Shown here: in pieces, positions 55,409-64,000 of the stretch
Position numbering within the stretch: the stretch's first letter is position 1
Layout: every line of letters begins with the position of its first letter
Assembly: GCA_013416795.1 (NCBI GenBank)
Contig: RQSC01000019.1
Coordinates: 211,736 to 275,735, forward strand
DNA from: Prasinococcaceae sp. CCMP 1430
Taxonomy: Eukaryota > Plantae > Prasinodermophyta
Length of the DNA stretch: 64,000 bases
Reading direction: 5' to 3'
Position numbers and translations under genes: made by a program
The notes under the pieces: generated by a model
Seen by the model: the letters and a program-made list of their open reading frames with translations, nothing else
Databases searched by the model: none
Told to the model about the DNA's origin: nothing

Positions 55409-56323
55409 GGCCGCCCCTCAGTACCGCGCCTCCCTCCCCCGCTCCGGATCAAACGCACACACGCAACTCCCCCGCCCGCTCCCTCGTCCTCGCGGGGCGC
55501 CTCGCCGCCCGGCCGCCGCCGCCGCAACCTTTGGGGTTCGCCCGACGCTTTTTTCCCCTCCTTTCCGTTGTGATATTTCGGCCGCTGCCGCCGCCGCCGC
55601 GCGGCGCTCTGGTGCCCGCCGCACCCGCCGCGCCTGCGCGCTCAACGCAAACCGAAAGCGACCTCAAGATGTGGGCAGATTTTTCGCCGCCGCGCCAGAT
55701 TTTTCGCCAATGCGTTCTGATCAACTTTCGAACGGTATGCACGCGCGCGCGCCCGCGGTTCCGTCGTTTGGAGGCTGAAACCGGAAACCGACACCGAGAG
55801 CGAGAGTGACCTGACCCCGGTCGGCGCTCTAGGGCTGGGGCTCGGTTCGCTCGTGAACCTGGTCACGTCAGAAGGGACCCGGTCACACCGGATCAGACCG
55901 GGTCGATGCGGCCCCCGCCCCGGTGCGCCTGCGCGGCGCGCGCGGCGAGCCGAGACCCTCGCCGCGCGCGCGTGGCGGTGGCGGCACACACGCTTCGCGA
56001 CTCGCGGGGTGCTGCGGGAGGGCTGGGGCGAGGGCTGGGGAGGTGGCGCGTTGGGTGTCGGAGCGGGCAGGATCGCGGAGGAGAAAGGGGGCAAGGGGGG
56101 CCCGGGAGGGGCGTGGAAGAGGAGCGGCGGGGTGTGGGGTTGGAGCGGGGAGCGGGAAGAGGGGGGGGCGAGGGAAGGGGGGGAAGGCGGTGTGCTCGCG
56201 CGCGGTAGTGGCCCGCCCCCAATGCGCCCGGCGCGCGCGCGCAAAAAAGCGCGCGCGGGCGCCGGATGAGGGTCGCGGCACGAATCGAGGGTTTCAACAT
56301 GCTGTCAAAAACCATTACAATCG

Positions 56324-57207
56324 ATGCGCGTTCGGTTCGGGTTTGGGCCGCGTCGCGCCGCCGGCGACGCGGCGCGCGCGCGCGCGCCTAGGCGCACGCC
56401 GCGCGCGAACGGCGCCGGCACGGGGTCGGGCGGAGACATGGAAATGTCAACGCCGGGCGCGCCGAAGAACCAGATGAAGGTGCGCGCGCGCGCGCGCCCG
56501 AGCCCGGCGCACCGGTCGCCGCCAGCGCTGCGCCAGTGCGCCTGCGCTGACGGTGCCCCATCCATCCGCAGATCTTCGTGCCGCCTCACCCGATGATCAA
56601 GCACTGGCTCTGCGTGGCGCGCAACAAGGACACCCCCGACCCGGCCTTCAGGCAGGCGCTGGCAGAGATCGGGCGGCTGCTGATGTACGAGTGCACGCGC
56701 GATTGGCTCGACACCGTCGACTTCAAGGTCGAGTCGCCCATGGGCGTCGCTGACGCCACCGTCGTCGACCCCACCAAGCCGATCTGCCTGGTTCCCATCC
56801 TGCGCGCGGGGCTCGTGCTGCTGGAGAGCTGCGGTACGAGCTTGCCCGCGTCGCGCACCTACCATCTGGGCTTCGTGCGCGACGAGGAGACGCTCGAGGC
56901 GACCATGTACCTCAACAAATTGCCCGAGCGCTTCGAGAAGGGCAGCAAGGTCCTCCTCACCGACCCCATGATCGCCACGGGAGGCACGCTCGCCAAGGCC
57001 ATCGACTTGTGCGTGGAGCGCGGCGCCGACCCGGACGACATCCGCGTGCTCGCGGTGGTTGCCGCGCCTCCCGCCCTGCAGATGCTCTCGGAGAAGTACA
57101 CCGGCTTGCGCATCTACGCGGCGATGATCGACCCCGAGCTGAACGACGTCGGGTACATCGTGCCGGGCCTAGGCGATGCAGGCGACAGGTGCTACGGCAC
57201 CGACTGA
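56324..57207 (+). CDS. UPP: Uracil phosphoribosyltransferase, plastid type; exons 56324-56479 and 56572-57207
   Basis: IFVPPHPMIKHWL, LVPILRAGL, LLTDPMIATGGT, YIVPGLGDAGDRCYGT. 92-bp intron. Confidence 0.95.
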
Positions 57208-57324
57208 CTAACACGTGAATAAATCCGACAAAGTCGCCTTCGGCGCGCGGACGCGCAAAGACGTCGCGGAACAGCAGTATTATGAGTGGGTGTGCGGTGC
57301 GCGCGCGGAGGCACCTGAGCGCGC

Positions 57325-59221
57325 CTATCCAACCAGCGTAGGCCCGCGCTTCTTCCCGCCCCTGGCGCCCTTCTTTTTCTTTGCGAGCTCGTCCATGGCG
57401 CCCCTCACCGCGCGTAAGGACGATCCGTCCTCGAACGAGCGCTCGTTGCGCGCGGCGAGCGTCGCCGCCTTCTGGCGTGCCTTGTGCCTGGGGCCGTTTT
57501 GGTGGAACTTGTAGTCGGGGCGGCTCTTGGCTTGCTGGCGTGCGGCGGCTGCCTTGGCGTCGTTGTCCGGCAGCATCAGGTCAAAATCGTCGTCCTCCAG
57601 CAGCAGCTCGTCGAGTTCGTCCTCCACGCCGGCGCTCTCCTCGGCGTCCCTTCCGCCCTCGGCACCCGCGCCGCCGGGCGCGGCGGCTGCGGTGCCCGCA
57701 GGGTACGCGCCCCCGCCAGGGCCGCGGGCGCTCACCTCCACGCGCTCCGCCGTGCCGTTGTGTCCCGCCCAGCCCGCCCGGGCCTCGCTGTAGCCCGGCG
57801 CCGGATGGATGTACAGCAGCTTGCCGCTCATGAAGTCCTTGAGGATCATGCGGCCCGTGCGCGTCTCGTCAGGACGGCCCTGCCCGATGACGTAGCCCCT
57901 GCTGGCGGCGACGGCCTGCAGCACGTGCGTGGCGGTCGCGTGGCGCGGCAGCGCAACGTTGTAGCAACCCTCGAACGGCCTCTGCCCGAGCATCTTGAGG
58001 ATCGTGCCGATGGGCGCGCGCACGTCCGTCAGGCGGTCGATGGGGATAACGCCAGCTGCGACCATGTCGGGCTTGCTGCTCGAGAAGGACGGGAAGACCA
58101 GGCCGGGGCAGTCACACAGGGTCATGCCCGGCGTCACGTTGAGCGTCTGAAAGTGCTTCGTCTTGCCGGGCGTGCTTGACACCATCGTGCGCTTGCTGCC
58201 CACCAGCGCGTTGATGGTCGAACTCTTGCCCACGTTGGGGAAGCCCACCATGCCGACTGTCGCGCGGCGCGGCGGCGCGCCTGGCGGGGGCGGCGGCGAC
58301 GCGGCGGCGGCGGCGAGCGAGGCCTCCTCTGCGGCCTCCTCCAGCATGAAGAGCAGCTCGTCCACGCCAAGCACGCGCAGCGATTCGTCCTCCGCGCTCG
58401 CGTCGTTGCTCTCTCGCCACTGCTGCTCGCCCACGCCGTACGTGCTCTCCGCGACGGCGCCCCCTTCACCAGCGCCGCCCGCTCCGGACGCGGCACCCTC
58501 CCGCTCCTGCTCCTCTTCGATGGCCTGCAGCTCGGTGGCGGCCTTGGCCGACCAGAACACGAAGTCGATGCCCTGCGACTCGAAGTATTCGGCCCACGCG
58601 CGCCGCGCCTCCTTCGGCAGCAGGTCGCTCTTGTTGAGGAGCATTATGGGGCGCTTGTGCGGGCTGAGCTCGGCGACGTAGTTGTCCAGGTCGGGCGAAA
58701 AGTACAGCAGCGGATTGCGCGCGTCCACCACCTGCACCACCAGGTCCGAGCGCTCGCACACGCGCCAGAGCTGCCGCCACACCTCGAGGTTCTTCTCGAA
58801 CGGCGTCAGCGTCACGGCGGCGACCTCCTCGACAGCGGCGAGCTTGCGTCGCCAGTCGAGGTGGCAGGCGCGCTCGCGCGCGTCGAGCTCCTCGACGGTG
58901 TCGGTCTTAGACCACGGCGGGCGGCGCGGCACCCTGAGCGCATCTCGGTGCGTGCCCTCCGCTGCCTCGCGCTCCTCCTTTGTGAACGCGTCCGCCGGCG
59001 AGAGCACCGAGCCCGCGGCGCCGTCGCCGCCGAGCGACACGACGAACGACTCGCCGCGCTCGGCGGTCCAGTCGCGGTTCGCGAGGTCGGCAATCTCCAT
59101 GAGGCTGTCGAGGTCATTGCTCTCGAGCGTGGACGTCAGCACGGGCCGCTTGCGCTCCACGTCCACCGCGTGGCGCGCGGCGGCCGCGCGCTGCGCCGCG
59201 CCGCCCAGGCCTGCGCGCTTG
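57325..59221 (-). CDS. LSG1: Large subunit GTPase 1 (circularly permuted GTPase); 5' end lost at n 59222
   Basis: LTPFEKNLEVWRQLWRVCERSDLVVQVVDARNPL, NKSDL, GFPNVGKSSTIN, TPGKTKHFQT, DCPGLVFPSF. Confidence 0.93.
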
Positions 59222-59222
59222 N

Positions 59223-59721
59223 CAACTACGTTGAGCTGGTCCGTGCGCTGGCGGACGAACCAACGCAGGCTGCCGAGCGCGTCGAGGGCGTGGGCCACGT
59301 CGCGCGCAATCTGCACCACCTAATTAATGCACTGCGGCCCGTGCAGGCTAAGGTGAGGCTGTGCGCACGCAAATGCGGGGAGCTGGTGCGAAGGAGGCGG
59401 GGGGGAGGGCGGGGGGAGGGGGGAGGGGGTCTGGTGTTCTGCGTCACGCGCGCATATGCTTGCGCCCGACCTCTTTGAGAACTCTCGTGTTGACGCATTT
59501 GCATGCACATGTGCGCGCAGGCCACGCTGCTCTACATCCTGCGCAGCCAAATCGCCGACAAGAAAAAGGCTCTCGAAGACGTGCGTGCGCGCGCGGCTGA
59601 GATGGACGCCTTCCTGGCAGAGGAGGGCGAGCGTGGCAAGGAACTCGGCCCGGCTGAGGGCAGTCGGGGCGGCGAGGGCGCGGGGCCGGGCGGTGCACAT
59701 CAGATGGATGAGGCGGGTTGA
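59223..59721 (+). CDS. MED7: Mediator subunit 7, C-terminal part; exons 59223-59352 and 59521-59721
   Basis: YVELVRALADEPTQAAERVEGVGHVARNLHHLINALRPVQAK|ATLLYILRSQIADKKKALED matches MED7 NLHHL+NxLRPxQAR-ATL. 168-bp GTGAGG...GCAG intron. Confidence 0.85.
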
Positions 59722-59788
59722 TGCGCAAGGTAATATTAAAGAGTGGACGCTGTCAACGTTGTCTGCGGGTGTGACACGAGCCTGAGCT

Positions 59789-61096
59789 TCAGCGAGCGTT
59801 CCCCAGCCTGTTGAGGAGGTTGTTCCCAAGCCTGTTCAGTAGTTCCCCTCCGCCGCCCTCCTTGGCGGCCGCGCGCGCCTCGGCGGCCGCGCGGGCGTCA
59901 CCTAAGCGTTCGTACGCTTCTGCGCGCACCTCCGGATCTATCAGCCGGGCAATAAAGCGCTTGGTAACGCCGTCGGGCGCGCTGGCATCCACACACGCGT
60001 CCACGAAGGCACCCAGAGGGACATCGCCGGGTGGTGCGCCGCGCTTTTCCTTCGAGAGGCGGTCGAGGCCCTCCCAGTCGTTCGCAGTCACCAGCGCGGC
60101 CATGCGCAGCCACGTGAAGTGGCGCTCGCCCATACGAAAGTCGCGCTGCAGGCGCAGCGCCACCTTGAGGTTGCCAAGCGCGAGGCATGAGGCTACTGTG
60201 TCCGCGAGCGACGTCCCAACGAGACGCTCGCCGGTGGCGCCCTCGAGCTCGCGTTGCGCGCTCAGCAAGCTGGCAGCCTCGTCACACGCGCGCGCGTGAC
60301 CAACGCGCTCCTTTGAGCGGCTGTACATCTCCGACGCAGCGCTAAGCGCGCGACAGGCAGCAGTGACGCCCGCGGAGCCACCCGCACCGCGACGCGCGGC
60401 CGCAGCACCGCGCCCGGCCACTACTTCGCTCGGCGGCGGCCCGCCATCACGCGCCTCCAGCGCGTCCAGGAACGCGGCCTGCGCCGCCGCATGGGGTGCG
60501 CCCACCGTGAAGCAGAACGTCTTGAGCAGTTCGGGATCCGTCGCGCGGCAGTAGGCCACGAAGAGCTCAGAGGCTAGCGGGCGCCCAGCCACCACCCGCA
60601 CAAGTTCCTTGAAGTCGCCCTGGCGCCACACGTGGAAGAGCACGAGGTAAACCAGGTCTGTGTCGCCGCTCTCTATTGCTTTGTCTAGCGCGCGCTCCTG
60701 CTCGCCCATCTGCGTGAGTAGTGGCACCTGCTCGCCCGCGCGCGGCTCGAGATCAAGCAGCGCGGCAGCCAGCCTTTGGCGGCCCGCGCGGAAGGCACCC
60801 TCGGCTACCGACGCGTAGGACGCGCCGGGCATCGCGCTGAGCTTGCTCAGCACTGCCTCTAGCACGGCCAGGTCAGGGGCGTCCGGGTTGCTCGCGACCT
60901 TGGCCATCGCCCAGTGCTGCACCACGCGGCGGCTTGCAGCCTGAAGCTCCAGGTACTCGGCGATCTTGATGGCGAGCAGGTGCTGGCCCTGCGCGGCGAG
61001 CGTATCGACCATCGCGTCTGCTCCGAGCGCCTCGAGCTGCGGTGCGGTGATCGGCCGCCCGACTCGGTAGTCGCGCAGCGCATTGAGCACGCGCAG
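59789..61096 (-). CDS. VPS16: Vacuolar protein sorting 16, C-terminal domain only (N-terminal half absent)
   Basis: LRVLNALRDYRVGRPIT, HLLAIKIAEYL, SYASVA, LLDLEPRAGEQVPLL, ALDKAIESGDTDLVYLVLFH. Confidence 0.88.
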   Translation of the reverse strand: MRVLNALRDYRVGRPITAPQLEALGADAMVDTLAAQGQHLLAIKIAEYLELQAASRRVVQHWAMAKVASNPDAPDLAVLEAVLSKLSAMPGASYASVAEGAFRAGRQRLAAALLDLEPRAGEQVPLLTQMGEQERALDKAIESGDTDLVYLVLFHVWRQGDFKELVRVVAGRPLASELFVAYCRATDPELLKTFCFTVGAPHAAAQAAFLDALEARDGGPPPSEVVAGRGAAAARRGAGGSAGVTAACRALSAASEMYSRSKERVGHARACDEAASLLSAQRELEGATGERLVGTSLADTVASCLALGNLKVALRLQRDFRMGERHFTWLRMAALVTANDWEGLDRLSKEKRGAPPGDVPLGAFVDACVDASAPDGVTKRFIARLIDPEVRAEAYERLGDARAAAEARAAAKEGGGGELLNRLGNNLLNRLGNAR

Positions 61097-61097
61097 C

Positions 61098-61578
61098 CCC
61101 CGTCGCGGCGACGAACTGGCCGGCGGCCGCGCCCGCCGGGTCGCTGCCCTCGGCCGCGCAGGCCACGCACGACGTGGCCTTTGGACTGGGAGCCGCCGAC
61201 GAGGCCTCCGCATCGGCCGTCGAGGGCGCGTACTGCGCGGATGCGGCGCTGGCGCGGCGCGGGCCCGCCGCCAGCAACTGGCCGGGCGAGGCTCTCGACC
61301 ACGACATCGATAGCCTGTTCTGCTCGCGCGACGTGTGCTTCGGCTTCTGCGCGGCCGAGACCGACAGGTGGCGGTGCGCCTTCCATGGACGCGCGCACGC
61401 GGAGGTGCCGTACTGCGCCAAGGTGTCTCATCACGATTGGCGGCTCGCGTCGTCGGTGCTGGTTGGCATGCTCGCGCACGCACCGGTCACGACCCCTGAC
61501 GGCGACGCGGCGGCCTACGAAGCGCAGGCCTCGATGACCCGCGTCGAGTCACTGACCAGCTTGGCGGCGGCCTGCTGA
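61098..61578 (+). CDS. 3' part of an unidentified gene, with no 5' end
   Basis: The frame of ORF 61174..61578 is open from ~61087 and has host-like codon use (DIDSLFCSRDVCFGFC...YCAKVSHHDWRLAS). It abuts VPS16 head-to-head. Confidence 0.45.
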
Positions 61579-62059
61579 GGAGCGCCTGACGCGCAGGGAA
61601 CACGGTTTGCGTGGGATGACGCACCTGCACACAACGCGGCGAACTATGGCCGTACAGGCGTAATGCCCACAGTTGCGACGACGTAAAATTATCACGTCAC
61701 TCTCCCTTGACTTCGAGTCCCCATGCGCGCACCTTCGGCACGCGCGCGCACGGCCTCGCGTGTGCCCGCTCCGCTCGCTCAGAGAGCGAGCAGACGGCGC
61801 GCCCTGCAGCGACTGCTCGCGCCAGAGTCTGAGCGGTCTAGTATGTAGTAGTGTTACAACAACGCCCGGCCCAAACTCCAGCCCCGGACTGTGGACATGC
61901 GCGCTGACGCCTGCACACGCTCCTTTCAGTCGTTTGTCGTTCCGTTTCCACGTTCATGGCTCTCGTGCACCCGCCCACCCGGCCGATGACCTATCGTACG
62001 CTGAGCCGCCAGACGACAACAAAAAAACCAGAAGTGCGCTCACCCGTGGCTCAGTTCGT

Positions 62060-63748
62060 CTAGACCGGGGTGGGCGCCTTGTCCTCGCTCGTGTCGCGCA
62101 GCTCGAAGCCGCCGAGGCCGAGGCCCTGCTGGAGCTGCGCGGTGTCCTTGAGGCCGAAGCGCGTGTACGCCTCGTTCTTCCACGGCGCGCCCGCCGCGCG
62201 GCAGCCGCCCTCCCAGACGTGGACGAAGCGGTCCATGCCGGCGTAGTGCTCCTCGAAGAGCGAGCGGTAGTAGTACTCCTCCTTCGACTGCGGCGTGTTG
62301 ATCTTGAACCTGTCAGCGGCGGTGGCGAACTCCTCGTCGGAGACCGCTCCGTTGCAGAGCGCCTGGAGCTCCGCCACCCAGGTGGTGCCGACGCCCTCGC
62401 ACTGCATGGCCTTGGTGCGCCACAGCACGGGCGCGGGGATTTCGCCGTCGAAGAGCTCGCGCAGCGCGGCCTTCTCGGGGCGCTCCTGGTTCGGGCCGGG
62501 GTCCCCCTTGATGACCTTGTACTCGGGAGAGATGGACATGGCCTCGGCGATGACGTCCGGGTCGAGGAAGGGCACGCGCGCCTCCAGGCCGTGCGCCATG
62601 GTCATGCGGTCCGCGCGCTGGCAGTTGACGTTGTGCAGGTGCCAGAAGATGCGGCGCAGCTCGGTGAAGAAGGCGCCCGAGTCGGGGGCGTCGCGGAAGT
62701 ACAGGTAGCCGCCGAAGAGCTCGTCGGAGCCCTCGCCGGTGAGCACCATCTTGACCTTGGACGCCGCCAGGCGCGCGAGGAAGTAGTTGGGGATCGCCGA
62801 GCGGATGAGCTCCGGCTCGTACGTCTCCAGGTGGTAGATGATGTCGCTCAGCTTGGAGAACGCCTCCTCGGAGGTGAACTCGTGCACGTGGTGCTCGGTG
62901 CCCCAGTGGTCGGCCATCATCTGCGCGGCCGTGGCGTCGGGGGAGTCCTTCTGCCCCACCGTGAACGTCTTGAAGGGCAGGCCGCGCTTCTTGAGGATGG
63001 GCGCCAGGATCTCGCCCACCACCGCGCTGTCGAGGCCGCCCGAGAGCAGCAGGCCGAAGGGCACGTCCGACATGCACTGGTCCTCGACGGCCTTCTCGAG
63101 CGCCGCGCGGAGCTTGGAGTTGTCGTTGGTGGGGACGTAGTCGTCCGAGTCCCACTCGGGTGTGTAGTAGCGCACGATGCCCTCCTCGGGGGTCCAGTAG
63201 TGGCCCGGCGGGAACTCGATCACCTCGTGGCAGTGGTCGGAGAGCGCCTTGAGCTCGGAGGCGAACCACACGGAGTCCCCCTCGCCCTTGCCCATGTAGA
63301 GCGGCTTGATGCCCGCGTGGTCGCGCGCGGCGACCATCGTGGTGGAGCCGTCCTCGTTCTCCTGGCACACGACGAAGCCGAAGATGCCGTTGAGCTCGTT
63401 GCACATGGCGGTGCCCATCTTCTGGAAGAGCTGCAGCAGCACCTCCGAGTCGGAGCCGGTGTGCCCCGCGCCCAGGCCGTGCTTCGCCTGCAGCGCGCGG
63501 AAGTTGTAGATTTCGCCGTTGGCGCAGACGGCCGCCTTTCCGTCGTCGTAGAGGATGGGCTGCTTGCCGTGCTCGGGGTCCATGATGGCGAGGCGCTCGT
63601 GCGCGAGCGCCCACCGCTCGCGCGAGTGGTAGCCCGAGCCGTCGGGGCCGCGCGTGACCATGCGGGCGCTGTACTCGCGCATGCTGGCCTCGCGCGCCGC
63701 GAGGTCGGCGTACTCGCCGTTGGGCGCGTACATGCCCAGGATCGAGCA
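62060..63748 (-). CDS. asnB: Asparagine synthetase B (glutamine-hydrolysing); catalytic Cys1 codon at 63748-63746 is not preceded by ATG
   Basis: CSILG, RGPDGSG, LAHERLAIMD, NGEIYN, RDHAGIKPLY, LLSGGLDS, VLTGEGSDELFGGY, LEARVPFLD. Confidence 0.95.
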   Translation of the reverse strand, partial: CSILGMYAPNGEYADLAAREASMREYSARMVTRGPDGSGYHSRERWALAHERLAIMDPEHGKQPILYDDGKAAVCANGEIYNFRALQAKHGLGAGHTGSDSEVLLQLFQKMGTAMCNELNGIFGFVVCQENEDGSTTMVAARDHAGIKPLYMGKGEGDSVWFASELKALSDHCHEVIEFPPGHYWTPEEGIVRYYTPEWDSDDYVPTNDNSKLRAALEKAVEDQCMSDVPFGLLLSGGLDSAVVGEILAPILKKRGLPFKTFTVGQKDSPDATAAQMMADHWGTEHHVHEFTSEEAFSKLSDIIYHLETYEPELIRSAIPNYFLARLAASKVKMVLTGEGSDELFGGYLYFRDAPDSGAFFTELRRIFWHLHNVNCQRADRMTMAHGLEARVPFLDPDVIAEAMSISPEYKVIKGDPGPNQERPEKAALRELFDGEIPAPVLWRTKAMQCEGVGTTWVAELQALCNGAVSDEEFATAADRFKINTPQSKEEYYYRSLFEEHYAGMDRFVHVWEGGCRAAGAPWKNEAYTRFGLKDTAQLQQGLGLGGFELRDTSEDKAPTPV

Positions 63749-63807
63749 CGCGCGCGCCGCGTCGCGCCGCGCGCGCGGCTCGCTCCGCACCGCGCCGCGC
63801 CGCGCAC

Positions 63808-64000
63808 CTTCAGCTCCTTCTGCAGCAGGCTGTAGTCGACGCCAGCGTCGGACTCGAGCACGAGCCCCTCGTCGGACCACACGTCCTTCTTCTTCTCCTT
63901 CTCGAGGTTCGGCTTCGCGGCGTCCGAGGGCGTCGCCTTGCCCGCCGTCGGGCCGAGGCCCGCGCCGAACGAGGCGAGGTCGCCCGCGGCGCGCGCGGCC
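63808..64000 (-). CDS. GUN4: GUN4 (tetrapyrrole-binding) exon fragment ending at a GTGCGC donor
   Basis: ...KDVWSDEGLVLESDAGVDYSLLQKELK|gtgcgc matches the start of the GUN4 core (LxS..GVDY..LQ..L). The downstream GUN4 exons are not in the sequence. Confidence 0.6.

Overview
This is eukaryotic nuclear DNA from a very GC-rich, gene-dense green alga. Evidence for that is class XI myosin, plastid-targeted HEMC/HISN7/UPP, PETM and GUN4, centriole/flagellar genes, and short GT-AG introns with mostly GTGCG donors. About 30 protein-coding genes are recognisable: CCDC112, CCDC57, SAC3A/LENG8, PNUTS-like, STIL-like, TTC29, HNH (YisB-like), myosin XI, ARID-ELM2-SANT, HEMC, HISN7, organellar IleRS, rhodanese, Kelch, an Hsp70-SBD fusion, tandem DUF1330, LST8, NUXM-like, FTSH4, pyruvate kinase, PETM, U1-70K, UPP, LSG1, MED7, VPS16, AsnB and GUN4. 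The assembly is a gapped draft with N runs, single-n joins and several collapsed junctions. Two observations stand out. (1) The pyruvate kinase gene contains two ~55-nt patches that are the base complement, NOT the reverse complement, of the expected coding sequence. Complementing them in place removes both stop codons and restores the catalytic region exactly. (2) A ~270-bp alphaproteobacterial-like SEL1-repeat gene fragment sits in the 5' part of HISN7 and is bounded by GTGCGC...CCAG, so it could be spliced out in frame. Either may be an assembly artefact, and both are directly testable. All family assignments are from motif recognition by eye; no database searches were run.
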